From a bacterium (lineage in GTDB: Bacteria; Desulfobacterota; DSWW01), in contig JBFLZG010000138.1 in the NCBI GenBank assembly GCA_040756235.1, positions 1 through 61,114 of the forward strand: a stretch of 61,114 nucleotides of DNA, given 5' to 3'. Positions 27,115 through 37,325 of this stretch are shown here, in pieces. A program made the translations under genes and the position numbers. Position 1 is the stretch's first letter, and every line of letters starts with the position of its first letter. The notes under the pieces were generated by a model. It did not search any database. It was given only the letters and a program-made list of their open reading frames with translations, and was not told the DNA's origin.

Positions 27115-27756
27115 ATGAAGAACACGGCAAGGACGCTGCTCGCGTGCGCGTGGCTGCTGGGATGGGCTGCCGGTGCCCGGGCCCAGGTCACGCTCACTTC
27201 CCCGGCGGACGGGGACGGTCTCTCTTCGGCGCCGGCCTTCGCCTGGTCGGGCCCGAGCTACGACTCGTTCATGTTCATCTCCGTGTTCTATTACGATCTG
27301 GGCACCTGGCACGGTTATTATCCGGTGAAGTTCTGGCTCCTGGACCCGGGCTTCCCCATGCCGTCGACCTGGTGGAACTGGCTGGGCGAGGGCATGCCCT
27401 GCTACTGGGCCGTTCTGGGCTTCCACACCGACACTTTTCAGTGGGCCGTGAGCCCTGCCTCCTCCTTCACGAAGTCCTCGTGCGACGGCCAGTGCTACGG
27501 CGGTTACACGGCCGACTGCAATCCGGACGTGCCCTGTATCTGCTTCACCACGACCGAAGCTAGCGGCGTCTGCATCGACGACTTCTACTGCGCCGGAGCA
27601 CAGCCCTGCACGAGCAGCGCCGGCTGTCCTGCGGGAAAAGTCTGCATTGCCTGCACGAACTGCGGCGACGGTGTCTGCGCGGACCATCAGTGCACGAACG
27701 GAATGCCGCATGCGGCCCCGAGGCAGGGAGGCGGCATGACCGCTTCCGGCCGATAG
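27115..27756 (+). CDS. Secreted protein with Cys-rich C-terminal domain
   Basis: Signal peptide ending ARA-Q; aromatic-rich middle; 14 Cys in the C-terminal region. Confidence 0.75.
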   Translation: MKNTARTLLACAWLLGWAAGARAQVTLTSPADGDGLSSAPAFAWSGPSYDSFMFISVFYYDLGTWHGYYPVKFWLLDPGFPMPSTWWNWLGEGMPCYWAVLGFHTDTFQWAVSPASSFTKSSCDGQCYGGYTADCNPDVPCICFTTTEASGVCIDDFYCAGAQPCTSSAGCPAGKVCIACTNCGDGVCADHQCTNGMPHAAPRQGGGMTASGR

Positions 27757-27873
27757 CAGGCGATGGCGAAGGGCCCATTCCGGATTCCGCTCGCCCTCGA
27801 AACACGCTTCACTTGGTGCAAGGAGCTGCCCCCGCGGGCTCCCCTTCTGTATGGCAGCAGGGCCTCCCCTGGT

Positions 27874-27901
27874 TTGACACGCCCTTCCCCCCACCTATAA
27901 T
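27874..27901 (+). promoter_or_regulatory. Consensus sigma70 promoter
   Basis: TTGACA-N16-TATAAT. Confidence 0.7.
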
Positions 27902-27947
27902 TGCTTTGTCGGCGTTCACCGAGGCGATCAGGAGACGCGACGTGTCG

Positions 27948-28193
27948 ATGGAGTTTCTGGCGACCCGGAAAAAGCCGAAGGAATGGATGATCACCTGGAG
28001 CGAGAACAAGCTCCGGTGGGTGCTCTTCTATTACCTCGTGGGGCTGATCGTCTCCTGCCTGGTCTTCTTCGCGGAAGAAACCTGTTTCCCTGTTCCGGGC
28101 AGCTACTTGAGCAAGAGCCTCTGCGTCACGGTCGTGATCCCTCTGATCACCGTGGTCGCGAGCATCCTCGGCGCGAGGAACGGCAAGGACTAG
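27948..28193 (+). CDS. Small two-TM membrane protein
   Basis: ATG after AGGAG, downstream of a consensus promoter; two hydrophobic segments. Confidence 0.65.
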   Translation: MEFLATRKKPKEWMITWSENKLRWVLFYYLVGLIVSCLVFFAEETCFPVPGSYLSKSLCVTVVIPLITVVASILGARNGKD

Positions 28194-28290
28194 CGCGCCC
28201 CGGGCAAGCCGGGCAGCCGAGCACGAGGAGACGAAAACGATCGCTGCCGGATTCTGGAAGCGCAACGAACAGATCCTCCTCGGTTTCCTG

Positions 28291-29079
28291 ATGTTCGGGA
28301 TCTGGGCCGGAGGCTACTTCGCCATCTCTCACTTCACCGAGGGAAGGCCGGTCCATACGCTGTCGCCGTTTCAATGGGAGCACAGGATCCCGTTCCGGCC
28401 GGAGTTCGTCTGGATCTACCTGAGCATTTATCCGACCTTCCTCCTCCCCTTCCTGTTCATACGCGACAAGGACTTCTTCCGGATCTTCTCTCTGGCCTAC
28501 ATCACCGTCATGTCCGTCTGCTATGTGACGTACCTGGCGTATCCCGTCACGATCGAGAGGCCCGCGTTCGCGGTCGACTCCTTCTCCACCTGGACCCTGC
28601 GCATCGTCTACCAGGCGGACAGGCCCTGGAACTGCTTCCCCAGCATGCACGTGGCCATGTCCCTGCTGTCCGCCCTCACGATCCTCGAAGTCCATCGGGT
28701 GCGCGGCATCCTGACCCTGATGCTGACCTGCACGATCGCAGCCTCGACCGTGCTCATCAAGCAGCATTACATCCTCGATATCGTCGCCGCCATGGGTCTG
28801 ACGCTGTTGATCTACTTCGTCTACTTCCGCCGGAGGATCGTCGAGGTCCTGTTCGAGAACTTTCAGCGCATCGAAGAAACGCTGGAGAAGTGGCTCAACC
28901 GCAGGATCGATCAGCGGGTCCTGGCAGATTTCGAGGGGCCGATGAGAACGCGCATTGTTCAGTTGGTCCGGTCTGTGCTACAAGAAGAGATGAGCAAGCC
29001 GGGGCAAGCCAAAGACGGGCCGGGATCATCTAACCTGCAACGGAAGTCGATTCGACCCATCGGCGCCAAGAGATCCTGA
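28291..29079 (+). CDS. PAP2-superfamily membrane enzyme, AUR1/IPC-synthase-like (true start may be ~28237)
   Basis: NCFPSMHVA and QHYILD motifs; several TM segments. Confidence 0.8.
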   Translation: MFGIWAGGYFAISHFTEGRPVHTLSPFQWEHRIPFRPEFVWIYLSIYPTFLLPFLFIRDKDFFRIFSLAYITVMSVCYVTYLAYPVTIERPAFAVDSFSTWTLRIVYQADRPWNCFPSMHVAMSLLSALTILEVHRVRGILTLMLTCTIAASTVLIKQHYILDIVAAMGLTLLIYFVYFRRRIVEVLFENFQRIEETLEKWLNRRIDQRVLADFEGPMRTRIVQLVRSVLQEEMSKPGQAKDGPGSSNLQRKSIRPIGAKRS

Positions 29080-29120
29080 AGATCCGCTGGTGCGGAAACC
29101 CGATCTGCTGAAAGGTTAGA

Positions 29121-29852
29121 ATGCCTTACCGACCGCCCCAGTACCGGGTTCAGTATTCTCTGGGCGGAGGGTCGCTGACCCCGGCCGTGAAGCTCTTGCT
29201 GATCCTGACCGCTGCCGCCTTCTTCCTGCAGGTAATTTCTCAGAGGTTCGGGATCTATCTCGAAACGATCTTCGGACTGGTGCCTTATCGGGTCACCCAC
29301 CGCGGCTTCGTCTGGCAGCCGGTTTCTTATCTGTTCCTCCACGGGGGGCTGTTTCATCTGGGGTTCAACCTGCTCGTACTCTGGATGTTCGGGGGCGAGC
29401 TCGAGCGGGTCTGGGGGCAGCGCTACTTCCTGAAGTACTATTTCCTGTGCGGCGTGGGTGCGGGCCTCTGTGTCGTCGCCCTGAGTCCATCCGGCCAGAT
29501 CCCGACCATCGGGGCCTCCGGAGCTCTCTACGGCGTCCTGCTCGCTTATGGTCTCCTGTTCCCCACCCGGCAGATCTTCCTCTGGTTCCTCGTACCGATA
29601 CAGGCGAAGTACTTCGTGCTGGTGATGGGAGCCATTGCCTTTTACTCCAGCCTGACGGTGCCCGGCAGCGGCGTCAGTCACCTGGCCCACCTGGGAGGGT
29701 TGGCCGTCGGTTACATCTACCTGAGGGGTTGGAGGCACGTCCGGCAGCTCCACGGGTTCTATCTGGAAAAGAAGCTCAAGCGCTTGAGGAAGAGATACCG
29801 CGTCGTGGACGGCGACCGGGACGAGAGCAAGCGGCCCCCCCACATCCATTGA
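29121..29852 (+). CDS. Rhomboid intramembrane serine protease
   Basis: WQPVSYLFLH, HLGFN, GASG and AHLGG. Confidence 0.92.
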   Translation: MPYRPPQYRVQYSLGGGSLTPAVKLLLILTAAAFFLQVISQRFGIYLETIFGLVPYRVTHRGFVWQPVSYLFLHGGLFHLGFNLLVLWMFGGELERVWGQRYFLKYYFLCGVGAGLCVVALSPSGQIPTIGASGALYGVLLAYGLLFPTRQIFLWFLVPIQAKYFVLVMGAIAFYSSLTVPGSGVSHLAHLGGLAVGYIYLRGWRHVRQLHGFYLEKKLKRLRKRYRVVDGDRDESKRPPHIH

Positions 29853-29887
29853 TTCTCTCCGCCTCCTAGGCTTCCAAAGAGGTCTGC

Positions 29888-30853
29888 ATGAAACCGGCGG
29901 AAGACTCCCTGCCCCCCACCGCTGCGCCCGCAGGCAGGGGCAGTCTCCGATGGGAGCTGTTTTTCGGGCTCTCTCGGACGCCCCACGGCCTGCTCGACAT
30001 GGCGACGCCCGCCATGGCCGCCCTGCTCGGTCTGGGTCATTTCCCTCCGCTGGCAACCGTCCTGGTCGGCATCGTGACGGCTTTTTCCGGCTACACCGCC
30101 GTCTACGCCTTGAACGACATCGTGGACTACCGCGTCGACCGGCAGAGACTGGCCCTCCGCCAGGATGCGAAAAGGCCCTTTGACCTGGACGGACTGCTGG
30201 TGCCACACCCGCTGGCGCGCAGGCTCCTCTCGCTGCCGAAGGGGCTGCTCTGGTTCTGCTTCTGGGCCGTGATCGCCCTGGCCGGTGCCTGGTGGCTCAA
30301 CCCCGTCTGCGTCGTCATGTTTCTGATCGTGGCGGCCCTTGAGGCGCTGTACTGCAAGCTGCTGAAAGTCACCTGGCTCAAGATCATCCCGACGGTCCTG
30401 GTCAAGGCCGCCGGCGGCGTGGTCGGCATCTATGCGGTAGACCCGAGTCCGCCTCCCGGTTACGTCTCTTTTCTGATTCTCTGGCTGGCCAGCTGGGAGC
30501 TGGGAGGGCAAAACGTGGTCAACGACATTGCCGACCTGGAAGACGATGCCAGGGTGGGAGCCAAGACGCTGGCCACGGTCCTGGGCGTGCGGGAATCGGT
30601 CTTCGTTGCCGTGGCTGCGGCATCGATGGCAGCCTTTGCCGGCGTCGCGATCTACTGGCTTTCCGGGCCCGGCATCGGACCCATTTACCCCCTTGGGGCG
30701 GCGGTGATCGGCTGGAAGCTGCTGCTCCAGCCCGCCCGCAAGCTTTACGCGGATCCGTGTCCCGAAACGGCCGCGGCCCTGTTCAACCGGGCGAGTTATG
30801 TTCCGCTGGCTTTCCTGGTGCTGACCACCCTTGCTCTCGTCTTCCATCCGTAA
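29888..30853 (+). CDS. UbiA-family prenyltransferase
   Basis: Asp-rich motifs NDIVDYRVD and NDIADLEDD; several TM segments. Confidence 0.85.
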   Translation: MKPAEDSLPPTAAPAGRGSLRWELFFGLSRTPHGLLDMATPAMAALLGLGHFPPLATVLVGIVTAFSGYTAVYALNDIVDYRVDRQRLALRQDAKRPFDLDGLLVPHPLARRLLSLPKGLLWFCFWAVIALAGAWWLNPVCVVMFLIVAALEALYCKLLKVTWLKIIPTVLVKAAGGVVGIYAVDPSPPPGYVSFLILWLASWELGGQNVVNDIADLEDDARVGAKTLATVLGVRESVFVAVAAASMAAFAGVAIYWLSGPGIGPIYPLGAAVIGWKLLLQPARKLYADPCPETAAALFNRASYVPLAFLVLTTLALVFHP

Positions 30854-30871
30854 CCTCGTCCGGGGTCCGCC

Positions 30872-31540
30872 ATGCAGGTCGGCAACAGGAAGACCATGCT
30901 GATGAACTGGCCCGAGCGGCTTTTCATTTACAGCCCGCTGCGGATCCTGATGCAGCACCGCCAGGCCGGACGCTGGCTCGGCATTGCGGGCTCCGTGCGG
31001 CCGCCTGCCAGGACCCTGGAGATCGGCTGCGGCCTCGGCAAAGGAGCGCGGATCTGCGTCGACCGCCTGGGCGCGCGCAGGGTCATCGCCTTCGATCTCG
31101 AGGAGAAGCTCGTCCTGCGGGCGGCCAGGAAGCTGCCGGCCGCCTATTCCGGCCGCATCTCCTTTCTGGCGAGCGATGCGCAGGACCTGCCGTTCCGCGA
31201 TTCTGACTTTGACGCGGTGATCGATTACGGGATCATCCACCACGTGCTGGACTGGCGCCGCTGCATGTCCGAGATCAGCCGCGTCCTTCGGTCCGACGGG
31301 CTGTTCTATTTCGAGGAAATCTATCCGCTCGTGTATGCGAACCCTCTCATGAGGCGCCTGGTGCGACACCCCGAGGCGGACCGGTTCGACGGGCCCCGGT
31401 TCCTCGCCGCCCTGGCGGCGAGCGGCCTGAGTCTTCTGGAAGGGGTGCGGATCGGATCGCCCTTCGGAATCGTCGGTGTGGCGCGCAAGATGGAGCGCAG
31501 AGCGGCCGGGGATCCGGAAACGCCTTCAGATCGCAACTAG
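30872..31540 (+). CDS. Class I SAM-dependent methyltransferase
   Basis: LEIGCGLG, DAQDLPF..FDAV and EISRVLR. Confidence 0.85.
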   Translation: MQVGNRKTMLMNWPERLFIYSPLRILMQHRQAGRWLGIAGSVRPPARTLEIGCGLGKGARICVDRLGARRVIAFDLEEKLVLRAARKLPAAYSGRISFLASDAQDLPFRDSDFDAVIDYGIIHHVLDWRRCMSEISRVLRSDGLFYFEEIYPLVYANPLMRRLVRHPEADRFDGPRFLAALAASGLSLLEGVRIGSPFGIVGVARKMERRAAGDPETPSDRN

Positions 31541-31562
31541 AGGGAGAGGGAGGGGAGAAGAG

Positions 31563-32366
31563 ATGCCCAAGGCAAGAGTGAAGGAACTGGAGATCGCTTA
31601 CAGCTTGAGGGGCTCGGGGGAACCGCTGGTGATGGTGGCGGGATTCACCCAGACGAAGGAGACCTGGGGACCCGTCGTCTCTCACCTCACGCGGCACTTC
31701 CAGGTCCTGACATTCGACAACCGCGGTGTGGGCGAGACCACCTTTCCAGCGGGGAATTTCACCATCGCCGACATGGCGCAGGACACAGTAGAGCTGATGG
31801 ATGCGCTCGGAATCGACAACGCGTACTTCTTTGGCGTGTCGATGGGCGGCCTGATCACCCAGACGATTCTGCTCGACCGGCCGCAACGGGTACGCAAGGC
31901 GGCGCTCGGATGCACCTCCCACGGCGGACGGCATGCGGTGCAACCCGCACCCGAAGTGATGGCGGGCCTCTCCTCCATGACCGATCCGAACGTCGCGCCC
32001 CGGGAACGGATGCTGAGAGCGCTGCCGATCCTTTACTCCGACGACTTCATCCGGCAGCAGCCGGAGAGGGTCGAGGAGTTCCAGGAGGTTGCCGCCCGCT
32101 ACCTGCCGCATCCCGCGGGCGCATCGGCCCAGTTTCAAGCCTTGAGCTACTTCAACGTGAAGAAGCGACTGTCTGAAATCCGTCAGCCCGTGCTGGTGAT
32201 CACCGGCGACCAGGACCGGATGATGCCGCCGGAGAATTCGAGGCTGCTGGCCGCCGGGATCGCCGGCGCCAAGCTCCAGCTGGTCGAGGGGGCCGGCCAC
32301 AGCTTCTTCCACGAGCAACCGCAGCAAGTCGCCCGGGCGCTCATCGAGTTCTTCAGCGACCCCTGA
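31563..32366 (+). CDS. Alpha/beta hydrolase (enol-lactonase-like)
   Basis: FDNRGVG, GVSMGG, GDQD and GAGH. Confidence 0.85.
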   Translation: MPKARVKELEIAYSLRGSGEPLVMVAGFTQTKETWGPVVSHLTRHFQVLTFDNRGVGETTFPAGNFTIADMAQDTVELMDALGIDNAYFFGVSMGGLITQTILLDRPQRVRKAALGCTSHGGRHAVQPAPEVMAGLSSMTDPNVAPRERMLRALPILYSDDFIRQQPERVEEFQEVAARYLPHPAGASAQFQALSYFNVKKRLSEIRQPVLVITGDQDRMMPPENSRLLAAGIAGAKLQLVEGAGHSFFHEQPQQVARALIEFFSDP

Positions 32367-32435
32367 GTCGTGAGCGATCAGCGCCGCCTGAATCATCCCC
32401 CCGAGTGCCATGCATCCATAGAGGGTGAGGAGCCC

Positions 32436-35354
32436 ATGAACATCTTCGACCTGTTCGAACTCGTTCGGGAAGAAGCGATCTCGGAGCTGAAGGCGCGAGC
32501 TCTCCTGCTGCGGCACGTGCGCACCGGCGCGGAAGTGCTGTCCATCGAAAACGACGACGAGAACAAGGTCTTCGGCATCGCCTTCCGCACCCCGCCCGAT
32601 GACTCCACCGGGGTCGCCCACATCCTGGAACACTCGGTGCTCTGCGGGTCGCGCAAGTATCCGGTGAAAGAGCCGTTCGTCGAGTTGCTCAAAGGCTCTC
32701 TGAAGACCTTTCTCAACGCCATGACCTACCCGGACAAGACTTGCTACCCGGTGGCAAGTCAGAACCTGCAGGATTTGCGCAACCTGACCGACGTCTATCT
32801 CGACGCCGTTTTCCATCCCCGCATCACCCCTCAGACGCTGCAGCAGGAAGGATGGCACTATGAGCCCGGCGACCGCGACGGGGACCTGAAGATCGTAGGC
32901 GTGGTGTACAACGAGATGAAAGGCTCCTACTCCTCACCCGATCGGCTCCTGGCGCAGTACTCCCAGGAATCGCTCTTCCCGGATCACCCTTACGGCCTGG
33001 ACTCGGGCGGGCATCCGCGTCACATTCCGTCGCTCACGTACGAACGCTTCAAGCGCTTTCACGACACCTACTACCACCCTTCCAATGCCCGGGTGTTCTT
33101 TTACGGGGACGACAAGACCGAAGACCGGTTGCAGCTCCTCGAGGAATACCTCGAGGGCTACACGCGGCTCGAGATCGACTCGCGGATCCCTCGGCCGCCC
33201 CGCTTCGACCGGCCGAGAAACGCCGTCCTCCCCTACGATCCGGGGCAGGAGTCGGCTGCGACGGCCAAGGCCATGGTCACACTGAACTGGCTCCTGCCGG
33301 AGACGCTCGACGCGCAGACCTACCTGGCCATGGAGATCCTTTCCCACGTGCTCATCGGAACTCCCGGATCTCCCCTCCGCAAGGCTCTGATCGACTCCGG
33401 CATCGGCGAGGACCTGGCCGGGGTCGGTCTCGAAAACGAGCTCCGGCAAATGTACTTCTCGACCGGGCTGAAGGGGGTTGCCGAGCAGGACATCGCCCGG
33501 GTGGAGCCTCTCGTGCTGGACACGCTCGGTCGTCTGGCCCGCGACGGGGTCGATCCGATGACGGTTCAGGCATCGGTGAACACGGTCGAGTTCCGGCTCC
33601 GGGAAAACAACACGGGAAGCTTTCCCCGCGGGCTGGCTCTGATGCTCCGCTCGCTCACGACCTGGCTCTACGGCGGGGATCCCCTCACAACCATCCGCTT
33701 CGAGGCGCCTCTGGCGGCCCTCAAGGAGCGGGTTTCCCGAGGTCGGTTCTTCGAGGGGCTGATCGAAGAACACCTTCTCGGGAATCCCCACCGCAGCACG
33801 GTGACGCTGAAGCCCGAGCCGGGACTCGCCTCGCGCGAAGAGGCCGAGGAGCGCGAGCGGCTCGCACGGATCCGGGCTGGCATGAGCCCCGAGGAGCTTG
33901 CGGCGATCGCGGAAAATGCCCGAGAGCTCAAGCGCATGCAAGGCAGCCCCGATCCCCCCGAGGCCCTGGCGACCATCCCGACCCTGCAGCTGTCCGATCT
34001 GCCCCGCCGGAACAAGACCATTCCCATGGTCCTGGAACACCGAGGCGAAACCCGCATCGCCTTCCACGACCTCTTCACGAACGGGATCGTTTACCTGGAC
34101 CTGGCCTTCGACCTGCACCAGCTGCCGCGGGACCTGATCCCGTACGTCCCTCTGTTCGGCAGGTCTCTGGTCGAGATGGGGACCGCGCAGGAGGACTTCG
34201 TCCGGCTGTCTCAGCGCATCGGCAGCCGGACCGGCGGGATCCGGCCGTCCACGTTTGCCGCCGCGATCTGCGGATCCGACGCTTCCGCAGCCTGGCTTCT
34301 GTTGCGCGGCAAGGCGACCCTCGAGCGCTCGGCCGATCTGGTCGAGATCCTGCGCGACGTGCTGCGCACGGTTCGGCTGGACAACCGGGAACGCTTCCGG
34401 CAGATGGTCCTGGACGAAAAGGCGGGGCTGGAGGCGCAGCTCGTTCCGGCCGGGCACGGCATCGTCGGTTCGCGCCTGGCCTCTTGCTTCAACGAGGCGG
34501 GCTGGGTCACCGAGCAGATGAGCGGCGTGAGCAGCCTCTTCTTCCTCCGGCGGCTGGCGGCAGAGATCGAGACCGCCTGGGAGGACGCCCTCGGCAGGCT
34601 GGAAGAAATCCGGCGCTGCCTCATCAACCGGAACGGGCTCGTGTGCAACGTGACCACCGACCAGGCGAGCTGGGGACGCTTCCAGCCCACGCTGGCGGCG
34701 CTGCTGGACGAGCTGCCCGCCGCGGCCTTCCGCCCGCAGCCCTGGTCACTGAAGCTCGGCGGCGGCTTCGAGGGACTGGCGATCCCGGCGAAAGTGAACT
34801 TCGTCGGCAAGGCCGCCAACCTGTACGAGCTCGGTTACCGCTTTCACGGCTCGGCGATCGCGATCACCCGTTACCTCCGGACCACCTGGCTCTGGGATCG
34901 GATCCGCGTGCAGGGAGGCGCGTACGGCGCCTTCTGCGGATTCGACCGCCGCTCGGGCTTCTTCTCTCTGCTGTCCTACAGAGACCCCAACCTCCTCGGT
35001 ACGCTGCAGAACTACGACGGGGCGGCCCGGTTCCTGCGCGAGGCCGGACTGGACGGGGACGAAGTCCGGCGGGCCGTCATCGGTGCGATCGGGGAACTGG
35101 ACGCTCACGAGCTGCCCGACGCGAAAGGCGTCACTTCCCTGGCGCGTTATCTCACCGGCGACTCGGAAGAGGCGCGCCAGCGCATGCGGGACGAGATCCT
35201 GTCCTTGGAGGCGCGCGATTTCGGGTCCTTCTCCGAGTTCCTGGAGCGGTTCAACGAGCAGGCGAAGGTGGTCGTGATGGGTTCTCGCGAAGCGCTCGAG
35301 GAGGCGCTGGAGACCCGGGGCAGGGACTGGCTCGAGATCGTTCAAGTGCTCTGA
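32436..35354 (+). CDS. M16C presequence-protease-like metallopeptidase
   Basis: STGVAHILEHSVLCGS, FLNAMT and RVQGGAYG. Confidence 0.93.
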   Translation: MNIFDLFELVREEAISELKARALLLRHVRTGAEVLSIENDDENKVFGIAFRTPPDDSTGVAHILEHSVLCGSRKYPVKEPFVELLKGSLKTFLNAMTYPDKTCYPVASQNLQDLRNLTDVYLDAVFHPRITPQTLQQEGWHYEPGDRDGDLKIVGVVYNEMKGSYSSPDRLLAQYSQESLFPDHPYGLDSGGHPRHIPSLTYERFKRFHDTYYHPSNARVFFYGDDKTEDRLQLLEEYLEGYTRLEIDSRIPRPPRFDRPRNAVLPYDPGQESAATAKAMVTLNWLLPETLDAQTYLAMEILSHVLIGTPGSPLRKALIDSGIGEDLAGVGLENELRQMYFSTGLKGVAEQDIARVEPLVLDTLGRLARDGVDPMTVQASVNTVEFRLRENNTGSFPRGLALMLRSLTTWLYGGDPLTTIRFEAPLAALKERVSRGRFFEGLIEEHLLGNPHRSTVTLKPEPGLASREEAEERERLARIRAGMSPEELAAIAENARELKRMQGSPDPPEALATIPTLQLSDLPRRNKTIPMVLEHRGETRIAFHDLFTNGIVYLDLAFDLHQLPRDLIPYVPLFGRSLVEMGTAQEDFVRLSQRIGSRTGGIRPSTFAAAICGSDASAAWLLLRGKATLERSADLVEILRDVLRTVRLDNRERFRQMVLDEKAGLEAQLVPAGHGIVGSRLASCFNEAGWVTEQMSGVSSLFFLRRLAAEIETAWEDALGRLEEIRRCLINRNGLVCNVTTDQASWGRFQPTLAALLDELPAAAFRPQPWSLKLGGGFEGLAIPAKVNFVGKAANLYELGYRFHGSAIAITRYLRTTWLWDRIRVQGGAYGAFCGFDRRSGFFSLLSYRDPNLLGTLQNYDGAARFLREAGLDGDEVRRAVIGAIGELDAHELPDAKGVTSLARYLTGDSEEARQRMRDEILSLEARDFGSFSEFLERFNEQAKVVVMGSREALEEALETRGRDWLEIVQVL

Positions 35355-35507
35355 TCACGAGCCGGCGCCGTTCTCGTCCGCTCGCAACACGCGCCCCCCT
35401 CCTGGCCTTTCTATCCGCGCAGGCTTTGCCGATCGCGGGGGCCGCCCTGAGCCGCGCCGGTGCAAGTGCCTCCGAGGGGCTACAGCTTCACCGTGAGGGG
35501 AGGACCC

Positions 35508-36497
35508 ATGGACGCAATTTCGGCCCACGTGCTGGAGATCGCTCAAGCCTTCATGAGAAGCCGGGCCATCCTGAGCGCTTCCGAGCTGGACCTGTTCACC
35601 CGGCTCGGCCGGAAGCGGGCCGCAGCCGAGGAGACGGCTCGAGAGCTGGGCCTCGATCCCAGGGGCACCGCCCGGCTGATGGACGCGCTCGTGGCGCTGG
35701 GCCTGCTCGAGAAGCAGGCCGGCCGTTACGGTACAACGGCGCAGGGCACGCTCCTTTCTGCGGCCCACCCGGAGAGCGTTCTGCCGATGGTCCTTCACCT
35801 CGGCCGCCAGTGGAGGCTCTGGAGCGGTCTCACCGAAGCGGTGGCGCGAGGGGGGAGCCCGGACCGGCAGGCTCCGCATTTCACCGGAGAGGACCAGAAG
35901 AACTTCATCGGCGCCATGCACGTGGCGGGAAGGGCCCTGGCGCGCGAAATCGCGGCGGCTTACGATACGGGCCCCTTCCGGCGGCTGCTGGACGTGGGAG
36001 GCGGCTCCGGATCGTACACCATCGCGTTTCTCGAGCGCAACCCGAGCCTGCAGGGGACGCTTTTCGACCTCGAAGAGGTGATCCCCCTGGCCGACCAGCG
36101 CCTGCGGGCCGAAGGGCTGCGCGCACGGGTGGAGCTGGTCGGCGGCAACTTCTACGAAGACGAGCTTCCCCGAGGGTGCGATCTGGCGCTCCTTTCCGCC
36201 ATCGTTCACCAGAACGGCCCCGATGAGAACGTGGAGCTCTACCGCAAGGTCCTGAGGGCACTCGAGCCCGGAGGGGTCCTCCTCATCCGGGATTTCATCA
36301 TGGACGAATCCCGTACGGTTCCGGCTGCAGGAACGCTTTTCGCCCTGAACATGCTGGTGAGCACGCGCCGCGGAGACACGTACACGTTTGCCGAAGTCCG
36401 GGACACGCTGGAGCGGGCCGGGTTCGGGAAGGTCCGCCAGGTACGCGGCGGCCAGCTCATGGACGCCCTGGTGGAGGCACGCGCGCCGGGGGCGTGA
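35508..36497 (+). CDS. O-methyltransferase family 2 (with dimerisation domain)
   Basis: LLDVGGGSG, GNFYED and ALEPGG. Confidence 0.85.
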   Translation: MDAISAHVLEIAQAFMRSRAILSASELDLFTRLGRKRAAAEETARELGLDPRGTARLMDALVALGLLEKQAGRYGTTAQGTLLSAAHPESVLPMVLHLGRQWRLWSGLTEAVARGGSPDRQAPHFTGEDQKNFIGAMHVAGRALAREIAAAYDTGPFRRLLDVGGGSGSYTIAFLERNPSLQGTLFDLEEVIPLADQRLRAEGLRARVELVGGNFYEDELPRGCDLALLSAIVHQNGPDENVELYRKVLRALEPGGVLLIRDFIMDESRTVPAAGTLFALNMLVSTRRGDTYTFAEVRDTLERAGFGKVRQVRGGQLMDALVEARAPGA

Positions 36498-36503
36498 ACC
36501 GGC

Positions 36504-37325
36504 TCAGCGTCTCGATCTCTGGACCTTCCGTATGGCGCGGTCCATCACCCGATTTACAAGAGAAGGGGCCAGCCTCTTGGCCAGATAAGTCAGCTTCCCT
36601 TCGAAACTGGGAAGGATCATGAATCTGCCGGCGCGGATGCCGCGGAGCAGGGCGCGGGCCACCTCGTCCGGCTGCAGGATCTTGGCTGCGGCGGAGATCG
36701 CTTTCGTCTCCTCGGGCTTGGTCTGGTTCTCCACCTGGAACGCCGGGGTGTCCGTATCCGGCGGGCACAGCACGCACACCCGGATGCCACACGGCTTCAG
36801 CTCGCTCCGCAGGGCTTCGGAAAAGCCCATGATCGCGAACTTCGATGCCGTGTAGTCCGTGTAGCCGAAGATGCCGACGAACCCCAGCATGGAAGCGACA
36901 TTGGCGATACAGCCGCCCTTCTTTTTCATATGCGGGACCAGGCAGGAGCTGGTGTGCCAGACGCTGAAGAAGTTGGTCCGCATGGTCTCCTCGAACTGCT
37001 CGTAGGAGATCTCCTCGAAGCGCCGCGGGTACGCTCGGCCTGCGCAGTTGATCAGCAGGTCGGGCGCGCCGAACCCCGCGACGGCCCGCGCCATCACCCG
37101 GTCGACTTGGTCTTTCCTGGAAACGTCGAGCTGCATCCACGAAACTCTTTGCCCGTCGTGCCGTCTGCGTGCCCGGAGTCCCTCCGTCGACGACACGAGC
37201 CGCTCCTCTCCCCGGGCAAACAGGAGCAGGTGGCTTCCCGAGGCAACGAGCCTCTTGGCCGCGGCGAGACCGATTCCGCTGGACCCCCCGGTGATGTAGA
37301 CGATTTTCCCGTCGAAGCTCTTCAT
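36504..37325 (-). CDS. SDR oxidoreductase, 3-ketodihydrosphingosine-reductase-like
   Basis: TGGSSGIG, YTASKF and PPDTDTP..ENQTKPEET. Confidence 0.8.
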   Translation of the reverse strand: MKSFDGKIVYITGGSSGIGLAAAKRLVASGSHLLLFARGEERLVSSTEGLRARRRHDGQRVSWMQLDVSRKDQVDRVMARAVAGFGAPDLLINCAGRAYPRRFEEISYEQFEETMRTNFFSVWHTSSCLVPHMKKKGGCIANVASMLGFVGIFGYTDYTASKFAIMGFSEALRSELKPCGIRVCVLCPPDTDTPAFQVENQTKPEETKAISAAAKILQPDEVARALLRGIRAGRFMILPSFEGKLTYLAKRLAPSLVNRVMDRAIRKVQRSRR

